A DNA stretch of 64,000 nucleotides, taken from Dendrobates tinctorius (taxonomy: Eukaryota). Positions within the stretch are counted from its first letter, which is position 1. Each line of letters starts with the position of its first letter. Below the pieces are notes generated by a model. It searched no databases. It saw only the letters and a program-made list of their open reading frames with translations, and had not been told where the DNA came from. Below are positions 13,901 to 26,636 of the stretch, one piece after another. A program made the position numbers and the translations under genes. The stretch lies in the NCBI RefSeq assembly GCF_039654945.1, contig NW_027362312.1:124001-188000 (forward strand). Direction: 5' to 3'.

Positions 13901-14089
13901 AGGGACGAGGTCGGCGCTCGGGTGACCGCTCCACAGGACGGCCTGTGTTTTGGTGGAAGTCTAGTCCCACTGATCAGGCTGCAGTGTCCGGACTCTAGAG
14001 GTGGTGACGGTGCACATGAGGCACTGGGTCGGTTTGTCGCTCGTGCGCTTTTTACATCTTGAGGAGTTTTAAAATTTGAAATAAAGTCT
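10926..14089. mobile_element. Foldback (inverted-repeat) element with an amplified left arm
   Basis: About 45-bp outer inverted repeat (agactttatttcaaa...gatgtaaaaag); inner inverted matches at 13694-13708/13893-13907 and 13927-13950. Confidence 0.7.
10990..13700. repeat. Highly homogeneous 57-bp minisatellite, about 47 copies
   Basis: Unit cgtccccagctccagagcccgaacactccaaacacaggccgtcctgtggagcgctcccccgggcgc-like, with very few variants. Confidence 0.97.
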
Positions 14090-14488
14090 ATTAGTTTTAT
14101 ACTGATGGAAAATACTGAATGTGGGCCTAACAAGGGACCACCCCCCTGCAGGGACCAGCGACAACACAGGGTCTGGCACACCCCGCAGGGTTAGCACACT
14201 GCGGGCCTCCGGTGGGGTTGAGACTCCTCTCACATTAGCAGGGGTCCCACTATGGTCAGGGGTCCACTCCATGGATGCGCTGTGGGCTGCGGATCAGTCT
14301 TGTTCACACTTTAGATGTCTTCCCTCACATCTTTCAGTATCGGCGCACAGAGTTCATGCCGTCCCTCAGCAAACACTCCTGGCATTATCACCGGTGTGAC
14401 TGGAGGGTGCTAGCCCAGCTTACACCGCAGTAATGGCGGCTATCTACCGTAGGCGGAGGACAGGGGCGAGGTCCAGCGGAGCAGGGGG

Positions 14489-15189
14489 ACAGGCAGGACC
14501 CCGCACACCTGCAGCCCCCTGATACAGGCAGGACCCTGCACACCTGCAGCCCCCCCGATACAGGCAGGACCCCGCACACCTGCAGCCCCCCCGATACAGG
14601 CAGGACCCCGCACACCTGCAGCCCGCCGATACAGGCAGGACCCCGCACACCTGCAGCCCGCCGATACAGGCAGGACCCCGCACACCTGCAGCCCGCCGAT
14701 ACAGGCAGGACCCCGCACACCTGCAGCCCGCCGATACAGGCAGGACCCCGCACACCTGCAGCCCGCCGATACAGGCAGGACCCCGCACACCTGCAGCCCG
14801 CCGATACAGGCAGGACCCCGCACACCTGCAGCCCGCCGATACAGGCAGGACCCCGCACACCTGCAGCCCGCCGATACAGGCAGGACCCCGCACACCTGCA
14901 GCCCGCCGATACAGGCAGGACCCCGCACACCTGCAGCCCGCCGATACAGGCAGGACCCCGCACACCTGCAGCCCGCCGATACAGGCAGGACCCCGCACAC
15001 CTGCAGCCCGCCGATACAGGCAGGACCCCGCACACCTGCAGCCCCCGATACAGGCAGGACCCCGCACACCTGCAGCCCCCGATACAGGCAGGACCCCGCA
15101 CACCTGCAGCCCCTGATACAGGCAGAGCACAGAAGAGATCGGGTGGAGCATGGAGGACCCCACACACCTGCAGCCCCCGATACAGGCAG
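14489..15189. repeat. 35-bp minisatellite downstream of the RFWD3 3' end
   Basis: Unit gatacaggcaggaccccgcacacctgcagcccgcc. Confidence 0.95.
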
Positions 15190-15298
15190 AGCTGGAGCTG
15201 TTCCTCAGATTATGAAGCCTCAGCATTTCTACATCTCCACTTGCTGTCGCCGTCGGCCATGCTGAAGACAATCACTGCACCACTAAAATTATCAACAT

Positions 15299-15304
15299 TT
15301 TATT
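15299..15304 (-). terminator. Candidate RFWD3 polyadenylation signal AATAAA
   Basis: tttatt on the plus strand about 105 nt past the stop codon. Confidence 0.5.
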
Positions 15305-15407
15305 CTAAGAGGAAAGGAAAAAAAAAAAAAAAAAAAAACACATACAAGAAACTGTACAGAAACATGGAGAATATGTACAAGAGGCGGGCACGGACGGGTG
15401 GGGGGCC

Positions 15408-15551
15408 TCACTCCCATCGGTAGATCTTCACCATCTTTTCGGTCAGCGTGGCCAGCAGGCTGCTCTGATTCACCTCTAGGGGGCAGATGTCCAGGACGGG
15501 CTGGTCAGCCTGGAGCTTCTGGAGGAGGGAGCCGCTGCCCGAGTGCCACAG
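15408..15551 (-). CDS. RFWD3: RFWD3 last coding exon
   Basis: [47 protein letters not shown] matches the RFWD3 C-terminus. Confidence 0.95.
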   Translation of the reverse strand: MWHSGSGSLLQKLQADQPVLDICPLEVNQSSLLATLTEKMVKIYRWE

Positions 15552-15825
15552 CTGTGCCGGGAGGGAGGAAATGAGAATGAAACCTGTCAGGCTAGTCAGC
15601 TCCATACTGTTTCCCTGATGCCATGGCAGCTATTGTCAGCAGTAGCAGCCTCGGCGCTGAGCACATGCACGATGGAGAGCTTACTGCATGAGAGGCAAGT
15701 GATAAGACCCTCTGCCATCCCCCCAGTACTCGGGGATGGTACCACATGAAGCATTAGACCGCACGAGGGGATATTAAGGAGTAGATGGGGTGACCACGTT
15801 GATGTGGCGGTCCCCGGACTCTCAC

Positions 15826-16043
15826 CATCGCAGAGTTGGAGGCCTCGTCTCCTGCGCACACCAGGATGCTGCCGTCTCGGTCAGGGCTCTGGAATATGGC
15901 GTTCTTGGTCAGCAGCTTACAGGTGGGCCCAGCGTTGAAGGTCTGCACCGGATAGCAGGAGCAGGAGTATTCATCCTCGGCGTCCGTCAGCCGGGAGCTG
16001 GTCAGCTCCATCATCACACAGCGCAGGTAGTTGTGGCTCTTCC
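15826..16043 (-). CDS. RFWD3: RFWD3 coding exon 11 (WD40 region)
   Basis: [27 protein letters not shown]...VCAGDEA; AG/GT junctions in phase. Confidence 0.94.
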
Positions 16044-16117
16044 CTTTAAGCACAAGAGCACCCTCCAGTGACCGGTCACAACATCAGCGCCTAACAGCCA
16101 GCCTGAGCCACACTCAC

Positions 16118-16329
16118 CGGGGCGGTAGGTCACCAGGCAGTGCCGCGTGCTGCTCTCCGTCTGGATGTCCGTGCACCCTCCTGGCTCCAGGGGAAGAAGG
16201 TGAGGCTTGTACTGGGCGTCACTCATCTCCCAGAAGCACGCTCCCTCCAGGGTGCCAGCCAGGACCCCGCCACACGGGAACACCTCAGACGCAGCTCGGG
16301 GGACGTAGGAGAGGGACACCACCGGGCAG
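16118..16329 (-). CDS. RFWD3: RFWD3 coding exon 10
   Basis: [14 protein letters not shown]...[15 protein letters not shown]...HCLVTYRP. Confidence 0.94.
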
Positions 16330-16408
16330 CTGCAAGACAGTACCAGCGGAGCACGAGTCAGGAGCCCATCCCCAACAGACAGCCCCTCGCCGGCAGACCA
16401 GCACCTAC

Positions 16409-16585
16409 CGTGAGCCCAACGGCACCAGCTCCTTCACATACTGGCTGGTGTCTCTCAGGTCGTAGACGAGCACGGATCCATTGATCAGCCCGGCGTACAC
16501 GTAGTTGTTATCATCAGAGCACCAGCTGCAGCTCCACACCGGCCGCCCCGTGTTGTACGTCTGCACCACCGTGTTAGTCAGCAGG
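16409..16585 (-). CDS. RFWD3: RFWD3 coding exon 9 (WD40)
   Basis: [44 protein letters not shown]. Confidence 0.94.
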
Positions 16586-16704
16586 CTGGAGAGAGAGGGG
16601 CGTAGATCTGAGGACAGAGGCTCATACCCCCCCAACACAGCCGAGACCTCAACCTGCCCTACAGATCAGTGATCGCCTCTCGCCTGTCTGAGGTTTGGCC
16701 TCAC

Positions 16705-16855
16705 CTGGTCAGCTTCACCGTGTTATCCAGGGCAGCGGAGAGCAGCAGACCATCGGTGCGGTTACTGAAGGCCAGGCCACGGATCTGCTTGGCGTGGATG
16801 GGCACGTACTGGCTGCTCTTCATATTAGCCGCACTCAGCTTCTTGATCCCACAAC
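16705..16855 (-). CDS. RFWD3: RFWD3 coding exon 8 (WD40)
   Basis: [31 protein letters not shown]...[13 protein letters not shown]. Confidence 0.94.
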
Positions 16856-16909
16856 CTGAAAATAAACAGTGAGATGACAATCTCTGCTCCACCAGCAGCA
16901 GTGGCGACC

Positions 16910-18105
16910 CCGACCGTCCGTCCAACATCAACTCAGTGCAGAAGCAGGAGAGGTGGAGACAACCATGGACCGCTGGAGGACAGACTGCAGCCCAGCATCG
17001 CCTGCGCAGCCGACCAGCTGGAGGGCAGACTGCCGCCCAGCATCGCCTGCGCGGCCGACCAGCTGGAGGGCAGACTGCGGCCCAGCATCACCTGCACGGC
17101 CGACCAGCTGGAGGGCAGACTGCGGCCCAGCATCACCTGCACGGCCGACCAGCTGGAGGGCAGACTGCGGCCCAGCATCACCTGCGCGGCCGACCAGCTG
17201 GAGGGCAGACTGCCGACCGTCCGTCCAACATCACCTCAGTGCAGGAGAGGTGGAGACAACCATGGACCGCTGGAGGGCAGACTGCAGCCCAGCATCGCCT
17301 GCGCAGCCGACCAGCTGGAGGGCAGACTGCGGCCCAGCGTCGCCTGCGCAGCCGACCAGCTGGAGGGCAGACTGCGGCCCAGCGTCGCCTGCGCAGCCGA
17401 CCAGCTGGAGGGCAGACTGCGGCCCAGCGTCGCCTGCGCAGCCGACTAGCTGGAGGGCAGACTGCGGCCCAGCGTCGCCTGCGCGGCCGACCAGCTGGAG
17501 GGCAGACTGCCGACCGTCCGTCCAACATCACCTCAGTGCAGAAGCAGGAGAGGTGGAGACAACCATGGACCGCTGGAGGGCAGACTGCAGCCCAGCATCG
17601 CCTGCGCGGCCGACCAGCTGGAGGGCAGACTGCGGCCCAGCATCGCCTGCGCGGCCGACCAGCTGGAGGGCAGACTGCGGCCCAGCATCGCCTGCGCGGC
17701 CGACCAGCTGGAGGGCAGACTGCGGCCCAGCGTCGCCTGCGCGGCCGACCAGCTGGAGGGCAGACTGCGGCCCAGCGTCGCCTGCGCGGCCGACCAGCTG
17801 GAGGGCAGACTGCGGCCCAGCGTCGCCTGCGCGGCCGACCAGCTGGAGGGCAGATCGCGGCTCAGCGTCACCTGCGCGGCCGACCAGCTGGAGATGGCAG
17901 ACTGCGGCCCAGCATCGCCTGCGCGGCCGACCAGCTGGAGGGCAGACTGCGGCCCAGCAACGCCTGCGCGGCCGACCAGCTGGAGGGCAGACTGCGGCCC
18001 AGCGTCGCCTGCGCGGCAGACCAGCTGGAGGGCAGATCGCGGCTCAGCGTCACCTGCGCGGCAGACCAGCTGGAGATGGCAGACTGGGGCCCAGCATCGC
18101 CCATG
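16910..18105. repeat. 45-bp minisatellite with a ~300-bp super-unit in an RFWD3 intron
   Basis: Unit gctggagggcagactgcggcccagcatcgcctgcgcggccgacca; a spacer block recurs near 16915, 17215 and 17515. Confidence 0.93.
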
Positions 18106-18229
18106 CGGTAGCTGCCGGTCGTGGGTGTTTTTTAGCTGCCATGAGCACCATCTTGTTTTCTGCACTGGTTTTACGATGCACCCACTTTGTACCCTTATGT
18201 CCTGCTGGCCCGAGGCACGGAGGTCTTAC

Positions 18230-18458
18230 CTGGCACCAGCGTGGTGTGGGAAGACGGCTGAGACACCACCAGGCAGCTGAGACGCTCGCAGTACGCCATC
18301 ACACGGCAGTTCCCTCCTTGGTTGATCAGAATGGCCTTCTCAAAATTGTACTTGTGCTGCCCCTCACTGGAGGGCAGAGAGCCGGAGGTCCCTGCCCGGG
18401 CGCTGGAGGACGGCTGGGAGGAGCTGGTGCCATGCTGCGCCATCAGTATCTTCAACTC
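18230..18458 (-). CDS. RFWD3: RFWD3 coding exon 7
   Basis: ELKILMAQ...[35 protein letters not shown]. Confidence 0.93.
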
Positions 18459-18583
18459 CTGCCATAGATAAGCATGGTCAGCCACAGAGACCCCACCAAA
18501 GGCACAGTGCCCACCTAGTCAACGAACTCAGCTACATCCTGCAGTCCTGGATGAGAGGACACATTACAGAGGGCAGGAGCAAG

Positions 18584-18732
18584 GGAGCACGCAAAGCGAG
18601 CGGCAGAGGGAGGGAGCACACGCAAAGCGAGCGGCAGAGGGAGGGAGCACACGCAAAGCGAGCGGCAGAGGGAGGGAGCACACGCAAAGCGAGAAGCTGA
18701 GAGAGCGAGTAGGGGGAGCAAAGCGAGCGGCA
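18584..18732. repeat. Short purine-rich tandem repeat (gggagcacacgcaaagcgagcggcagaggga)
   Basis: About 4 copies. Confidence 0.8.
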
Positions 18733-18851
18733 GTTCTAAATCCTCGCAGTTATCAACCACACTAGAATGAATCATGTACTGCGGCACCAAAGCTTCCCCC
18801 ACCAGTAGACATGAAGGCGGCCGGACCCCACAGGACGCGTCTCCCCCTCAC

Positions 18852-18966
18852 CTGGATTTGCTTGCGGAGCTTCCCACATTCGTCAGTCAGGACCTGGACC
18901 TGCAGCCGGCACTGTGCAGACTCCAGCTCTGCTTTCCTGCGCAGCGACTGCTCCTTTTCCAGAGAG
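18852..18966 (-). CDS. RFWD3: RFWD3 coding exon 6 (coiled coil)
   Basis: [38 protein letters not shown]; absent from the ORF track, read by hand. Confidence 0.93.
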
Positions 18967-19059
18967 CTGTAAGAAAAATGTAAGGCGGTCTCTGCAGGAA
19001 TAGCGCCGGGAGCGACATCTAATCATCTGCATTATAGAATACACACACTAGCAAAACAG

Positions 19060-19695
19060 ACTGCAGCTCTGGAGGTGACTGGAGGATAAGACACGAAGTA
19101 ACAGCAGAGTAGTGACTGCAGCTCTGGAGGTGACTGGAGGATAGACATGATGTAACAGCAGAATAGTGAGTGCAGCTCTGGAGGATAAGACAATATAAGC
19201 AGAATAGTGATTACAGCTCTGGAGGTGACTGGAGGGTAAGACACGATGTAACAATATTGAGTGCGGCTCTGGAGGTGACTGGAGGGTAAGACACGATGTA
19301 ACAGCAGAATATTGAGTGCAGCTCTGGAGGTGACTGGAGGGTATGACACGATTTAACAGCAGAATAGTGAGTGCAGCTCTGGAGGTGACTGGAGGGTAAG
19401 ACACGATGTAACAGCAGAATATTGAGTGCAGCTCTGGAGGTGACGACACGATTTAACAGCAGAATAGTGAGTGCAGCTCTGCAGGTGACTGGAGGGTAAG
19501 ACACGATATAACAGAATATTGAGTGCAGCTCTGGAGGTGACTGGAGGATAAGACACGATGTAACAGCAGAATAGTGAGTGCAGCTCTGGAGGTGAATGGG
19601 GGATAAGACACGATGTAACAGCGGAATAGTGAGTGCAGCTCTGGAGGATAAGACATGATATAACAGCAGAATAGTGACTGCAGCTCTGGAGGAAG
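19060..19695. repeat. 55-58-bp minisatellite (gcagctctggaggtgactggagggtaagacacgatgtaacagcagaatagtgagt)
   Basis: Tandem copies; a related remnant lies at 26370-26470. Confidence 0.92.
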
Positions 19696-19747
19696 ATGCC
19701 TGTTGTAGGCGGTGATGCTGCAGTCACTTGTGGACGGGGGTCCTTAC

Positions 19748-19839
19748 CTCTTCATGCGCTCCTGCTCGCTGGTGTCCAGGGCCCTCAGCGTGCGGGCGTA
19801 CAGCACCACAATGTCGGAACGCTTCGCCTTCTTGTTGCA
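19748..19839 (-). CDS. RFWD3: RFWD3 coding exon 5
   Basis: [30 protein letters not shown]; supplies the last RING Cys; AG/GTAAG. Confidence 0.93.
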
Positions 19840-20440
19840 CTAATGGGCAGAAAACCTCAATGCATCTGATGTCTCATCTGTGAACCCCACACCCCAAAAT
19901 CACCAGAGGCCTTAATGGAGGACAGCAGTGGTCATCCAGGGGGGCGCTCACACGAAGATCAGGAGGAACAGCGGCGATCCTGTGAGGCCTCAGCGGTGGT
20001 CTCCGCATACTGGCCTGTCAGATATAGGGCTGATATGAGGGCGTGCAGCAGAGGTGCAGACACCGCCACTACACGCACTGCCAATCACTCACTTTAAAGG
20101 GGTCGTCCATGACTAGGACCACCACTTCCCGACCTAAACATTTGGCCCCGATATGGAAGCCTGTACTGCCCTCCAGTGCCGGCTCTGATCCCGCTGTCCC
20201 GTGCAGTTGTTGTGACATGTGACTCCGGTGCCCACTCAGCACTGGCATCAGGATCTCTGCACGAACTGAACATGAAGAGGCCGTCCGGGCTGCGGCCGAT
20301 TGCCGACATCCTCAGTGTGCCAGGAGGAGACGCCGGCGTCACAACCACCGAACGGGAGAGCTGACACCGTGGGAACGGCGCCAGCACGGGAGGGAAGGCT
20401 TATGTTTTTGGGGGGCTCAGCGAGGGGTATGTGAAGTTTA

Positions 20441-23400
20441 TTAACCCTTCAGGTGCTTCACAGGGACTAAAACAATGTGGAAGGAAAAAAAAAAAATGAA
20501 AACTTTCACAAAAATTCTACTTTAGACCCTTTTTATTTTTGCAAAGGTAAAAGCAACAAAAATGGACCCCAAAACGTGCGCCATTTCTCCCGCTACCCAA
20601 CATGTGGGGGAAATCTACTGTTTGGGTGCACAGCAGAACCCCCCATAAGTGACCCCATGTTACAAACTACACCGCTCAATGAATTCATCTAGGGGTGCAG
20701 TGATCATATTGATATCACAGGTGGGTCACAGAATACTATACCATTGGGCAGTGAAGAAAAAAAATACATTACCACCACCAACATATTGTTTTAGCCCCAG
20801 ATTTTACATTTTCACACTGGGAAATGGGTAAAAATGGCCCAGACTGTGTCCCCCAATGTCTACTGAGCGTGGCAATACCCCATATGTGGCTGTACGGTGC
20901 TACTGAGCCATACGGAGAGACTCGGGAGGGACGGAGCGCTATTTGCCCCCTGGAGCGCAGATTTTCCTAGAACAGTTTGCGGACTCCATATACAGAGCCC
21001 CCAAGTGCTAGAAGAGCAGAATCCCCCCTAAAGTGACCTCATTTTGGAAATTATACCCATATGGGAATTTATCTACAGATGGAGTGACAATTCTGACTCC
21101 ATGAGTGTTTTCCAGAAACAAGAAGCAGTGAATGTTGTGGACTGAAAATTGCAAACTGCCGCCGCAGTGACCAGTACGTTGTAGTGGTGACCAGTACGCC
21201 GCAGTGACCAGTACGTTGTAGTGACCAGTACGCCGCAGTAACCAGTGCGCCGCAGTGACCAATGCGCCGCAGTGACCAGTGCGCCGCAGTGACCAGTGCG
21301 CCATGCCCAGCTCATACTTCTGGAGACACCTACCTGTAAATTAGGCGGCTCTCATCACTACAGAAATGACAAACATGTGGGTGCTATATGTGGTTTAGGT
21401 ACACTGTGGGGGCTCAGAAGGGAGGGGGCATTTGGATTTGGGAGAGAATTTGCTGAATTTCTTTTGGCAGGCAAGGAGCCATGTAACTTTTCCAGAGCCT
21501 TTCTGCTACCAGTAAAGTGGAAGCCCCCTATATTTCCATTAATAGACAACAGATCTGAGTGGGGACTTGCTTTTTTGTGGACTGAGTTGACGCTTTTATT
21601 GGGAACATGTAACAGAACATTTATGATCACATTTATCCTGCACTCTATTCTGAGCACTTTTATCAGGGTTACCATCTAAATCTGAGTGACGTGACAGCTG
21701 AAACCCCCAAGGGATCCATTCACTATAATGAGGCAGAATTAGGGCTCATTCCCACTTGCGATCCATTCAGAGAGTAATCTCACAAAAATAAAAAAACGGA
21801 TTTCAGCCGCCACAATGTTTCTCTATGGTGCAGTTCACATCTGCGATTATATTTCATGCCGATTCCGCATACTGCAATTAAACCAAAGAATCAGATAGCA
21901 GCCACCTATATGAGTCTATGGGCGCGTGTGAAACATCATCCGGCACTCAGATATCACCCGAGTGCAGCGAGATTCCCGTGGACGCCGGCAGCAGGCGAAA
22001 TGGAGAAATGACCGTCTCCTCCGCAGCTGTGCTGCCATTCTCTAATTCGGGTGGAACAGAGCGCAGAGAGCGGACACCGGGGTCACAATCGCAGCAGAGC
22101 CAGAGCCGAGGGTCATGAGCAAAACGCATCTGATGCCGTACGTACGCTGGTGGGAACCCAGCCTTACTCTAGACTCCATCTGGCCTCTGTTCAGCAGGGT
22201 CCTTTTCATAAGTGCACAAGACTGTCTGACAGCACTATAACGCAATCCTAAAGACGGATGCCGCCGGATCACAGCTCCTATGGTGCCCACAGTGCCTCCA
22301 TCTGCCTCATTATAAGGAACTTTACGCTGGGGGTTCTGTCTGAATCACGTATTTCAGAGATTTACACGGAAACCCCGGTGTAAGCGCTCAGCGCAGAGTG
22401 AAGGATAAATGTACACTGAGCCTTACTGCGATCTTTGGGAGGCAGAATGAACAAATCAACAGAATGTGAAGAATTGGGTTTTTTTACGCCGTTCCTTGTG
22501 CGGTATAAGTGATTAGGCGACTTTATTCTTCAGGTTGGTGCGATAACAGCGATACCAGATTTATATTGGGTTTTTGTGTGGCAGCATTTTGAGAGCTATA
22601 ATTTTTTCATATTTCGGCCGACAGAGTCATGTGAGGTCTTGATTTATGCGGGATGAGCTGACGTTTCCATTGGTACCATTTTCGGGCACATGACCTTTTT
22701 GATCGCTTTTTATTCCAATTTTTGGGAGGCAGAATGGACAAGAAATCAGCAATTCAGGAAGTTATCCATTTTTTTCTTTGGTGGGGGGGCTTGTGTGATT
22801 CCGCGTGTGGTACAAATGGGAAGGCAGCGTTATTCTTCGGGTCAGTAAGATTACAGCGATACCTCATTTATATTTTTCATGTCTTTGTGCCTTTACACAA
22901 AAACTTTTATAGAGAATAATTATTTCTGCGTCGCTTTATTCTGAGAGCTATATCTTATTTTTCCGCTGATGGAGCTATATGGCGGTTTGTTTTTTGTGGG
23001 ACGAGATGACGTTTTCAGCGGTACCATGGTTATTTCCAGTCGCCATTTTCATCGCTTTTCATTCCACTATTTTGTTCGGCGGTATGATGATAAAGCGTTG
23101 TTTTTGCCTTATTTTGATTTATTTACAGCGTCCACTGATGGGGTTTAAACTAGTGGGAACGTTTTATAAGTCGGGTCGTTCCGGATGCAGTGATACCAAA
23201 TGTGTATTTTCTTTAATTTTTAAATAAATTTATTTATAATTTTTCTTTATTTTGTGATTTTTTTTAAATGTTTAAAGTATTTTCATTAACTCTCCCCCCC
23301 CCCCCCCATTGTCCCAGTATGGACATCACTGCCAGATTGCTGCTCTGAGACTCCACAACGCTCCTGCCCTGCAGGGCATCAGAGCAGCGTCTCACGGACA

Positions 23401-23500
23401 GGGGAAGGTGTCTGCCCCCTCTGAGCGTGAGCAAACAGGCCACCGTCCCCCTGGGTGACCCTGTGGCGGCCATCTTGTTGCTTGGGGTCCAATGGAGACC
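20441..23500. mobile_element. Patchwork of degenerate non-autonomous DNA transposons in RFWD3 intron
   Basis: TTAACCCTT-type end at 20441, nested AGGGCTCATTCCCA-type end near 21740, internal 19-bp tandem at 21160-21302; boundaries uncertain. Confidence 0.45.
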
Positions 23501-23895
23501 ATCGACACACGTAAAGATGGAGCTCCCTCCTCCTGCGATGCCCCGCAATGTCGCATAGATCGCATTCTGACGGATGAAGGTGGTGGTGATGACAGGACAA
23601 TACAGCCCAACATGAGACACAATGGATTCTTACCACCGGTTGCATTTGCCCGGAGCGACTTCATGACGTTTTCTGCCATTCTTGTGAGTTTGTGTTGTGT
23701 CTTGATTTTTATTACTTCACATTTTTCTCTTTTTCGCATGTTATATCGGAATTTTCTGCTTTCTCTTCAGCCCATACTGACTCGGTGGAGCACATTTACT
23801 GTCTTCCTTTGGATGAAGAATCGATTGAATTGGATTTTTCCTTGCTCCCCCTTTTATGACTATAACCTTTGAATGGGATTCTTTCCTTACAGGTA

Positions 23896-25637
23896 CAGTT
23901 AGGGCCATATATATTTGGACAGAGAACATTTTTCTAATTTTGGTTCTAGACATTACCACAATGAATTTTAAACAAAACAGTTCAGATGTAGTTGAAGTTC
24001 AGACTTTCAGCTTTCATTTGAGGGTCTCCACATTAACATTGGATGAAGGGTTTAGGAGTTTCAGCTCCGTAACATGTGCCACCCTGTTTTTAAAGGGACC
24101 AAAAGTAATTGGACAATTGACTCCAAGGCTGTTTCATGGACAGGTGTGGGCAATCCCTTCGTTGTGTCATTCTCCATTAAGCAGATAAAAGGCCTGGAGT
24201 TGATCTGAGGTGTGGTGCTTGCATCTGGAAGGTTTTGCTGTGAAGGAAACATGCGGTCAAAGGAGCTCTCCATGCAGGTGAAACAAGTCATCCTTAGGCT
24301 GCAAAAACAGAAAAACCCATCCGAGAAATTGCTACATTAGGAGCGGCAAAATCTACAGTTTGGTACATCCTGAGAAAGAAAGAAAGCACTGGTGAACTCA
24401 TCAATGCAAAAAGACCTGGGCGCCCACGGAAGACAACAGTGGTGGATGATCGCAGAATAATCTCCATGGTGAAGAGAAGCCCCTTCACAACAGCCAACCA
24501 AGTGACCAACACTCTCCAGGAGGCAGGCGGATCAATATCCAAATCTACCATAAAGAGAAGACTGCATGAAAGTAAATACAGAGGGGTCACTGCACGGTGC
24601 GAGCCACTCATAAGCATCAAGAATCAAAAGGATAGACTGGACTCTGCTAAAAAACATCTAAAAAAGCCAGCACAGTTCTGGAAGAACATTCTATGGATAG
24701 ATGAAACCAAGATCAACCTCTACCAGAATGATGGAAAGAGAAAAGTATGGCGAAGGCGAGGTACAGCTCATGATCCAAATCATACCACATCATCTGTAAG
24801 ACACGGCGGAGGCAGTGTGATGGCTTGGGCATGCATGGCTGCCAGTGGCACTGGGTCACTAGTGTTTATTGATGATGGGACACAGGACAGAAGCAGCCGA
24901 ATGAATTCTGAGGTGTTCAGAGCCATACTGTGCAGGGCTGTGGAGTCGGTAAGCCAAACCTGCGACTCCGACTCCTCAATTTCCCTTACACCGACTCAGA
25001 CTCCACAGCCCTGATACTGTGTGCTCAGATCCTGCCAAATGCAGCCAAACTGATTGGTCGTCGTTTCCTACTACAGATGGACAATGACCCAAAACATAAA
25101 GCCAAAGCAACCCAGGAGTTTATTAAAGCAAAGAAGTGGAATATTCCTGAATGGCCAAGTCAGTCACCTGATCTCAACCCAATTGAGCATGTCACTTGTT
25201 AAAGACTAAACTTCAGACAGAAAGGCCCACAAACAAACAGCAACTGAAAACCACCGCAGTGAAGGCCTGAAAACCACCGCAGTGAAGGCCTGGCAGAGCA
25301 TCAAAAAGGAGGAAACACAGCGTCTGGTGATGTCCATGACTTCAGGCAGTCACTGCCAACAAAGGGTTTTCAGCCAAGTACTAGAAATGAACATTGTATT
25401 TACAATTATTTAATCTGTCCGATTACTTTTGGTCCCTTTAAAAACAGGCTGGCCCATGTTAAGGAGCTGAAACTCCTAAACCCTTCATCCAATGTTAATG
25501 TGGAGACCCTCAAATGAAAGCTGAAAGTCTGAACTTCAACTGCATCTGAACTGTTTTGTTTAAAATTCATTGTGGTAATGTCTAGAACCAAAATTAGAAA
25601 AATGTTGTCTCTGTCCAAATATATATGGACCTAACTG
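23896..25637 (+). mobile_element. Tc1/mariner element, full length, transposase pseudogene
   Basis: TA-flanked CAGTTAGG...CCTAACTG with ~230-bp inverted repeats; WIDETK, QMDNDPKH and SPDLNPIE motifs; frameshifts and a MITE insertion. Confidence 0.93.
24933..25013. mobile_element. 81-bp hAT-type MITE inserted in the Tc1 transposase
   Basis: TIR CAGGGCTGTGGAGTC / GACTCCACAGCCCTG; perfect 8-bp TSD ATACTGTG. Confidence 0.92.
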
Positions 25638-26142
25638 TAGGTTCTGTATAATCACACAATACACATCGTAGTCCTGTTTATCCATGTATGAAGGTGTGTA
25701 CAGTAATGGTAATGCAGATTTATATACTATCGAGTTTCCTAATCTACCATTGGGGTAGCATTGGTCACTAGCTGCACCTTCTTTCCTACGTGGCTTTTTG
25801 CATTTTATATTAGGTAGATTAATATTGTTTACAGTTTTTTAGTTTTTCCCTTCTTTCTCGGATTGGCACTTAGGTGTCGCCCCCCTGTGATTTGTGTACC
25901 TTGTATTTCTTATGTTTATATGTATAAACTGTGACCTTTTTTTATTGTTGCTCTGATGTCCGTTTTTTCCTGTTATCTTTATCAATTAGCCTCTTTTTGC
26001 GATCAATGCTGGCCGCAGCATCACAGGGGTTAAACACCTGCGATTGGTGCTGGCACCGATCAATCGTGGGTGGCGCTGCAGGCCGTCAGCTCATGAACAC
26101 AACACGTCAGACCCCATGATGAATGGCGAGTAAGGCACCCAC

Positions 26143-26337
26143 CTGCGGACACTTGGCTGCTCCTCCCTTCAGCCAGCGATCGATGCAGGTAAAGCCAAAC
26201 AAGTGGCCGCAACGCAGAGCGGAGAGACGGTGCTGACCGGCATTGGTCCAAGACTCAAAGCAGATGGCGCAGGTGTCACCTTCATCCTCCTCTGCCACAG
26301 GGGGCGCTGCAGACGTCACAGGCTTCACTGGTGAGGG
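26143..26337 (-). CDS. RFWD3: RFWD3 coding exon 4 (RING finger)
   Basis: [49 protein letters not shown]. Confidence 0.96.
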
Positions 26338-26517
26338 CTGAGAAGGAAGGAAGAACACAGTGGCATTACTGGATGTAACGGCAGAACAGCGAGTGCAGCT
26401 CTGGAGGTGAGTGGAGGATGAGACACAATGTAACAGAATAGTCAGTGCAGCTCTGGAGGTGAGTGGGGCACAGGACACGGCTCACTGCCCTGCACCCGAT
26501 GATCATGGCTTTCTCAC

Positions 26518-26636
26518 CTGTTTGCTCGGGGGTGTAGTGTCTGATGTCGAGCGCTCGTTTTCGGCTGCGGGGTTGTCGGATCTTTCTGGGGCGTCTGTTG
26601 CGGTGGCCACAAGGTTTATGTCAAGCTCTTCAGGGG
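26518..26636 (-). CDS. RFWD3: RFWD3 coding exon 3 (low-complexity linker)
   Basis: ttag acceptor, GTGAG donor, open frame; phases 1/0 join the flanking exons. Confidence 0.8.
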
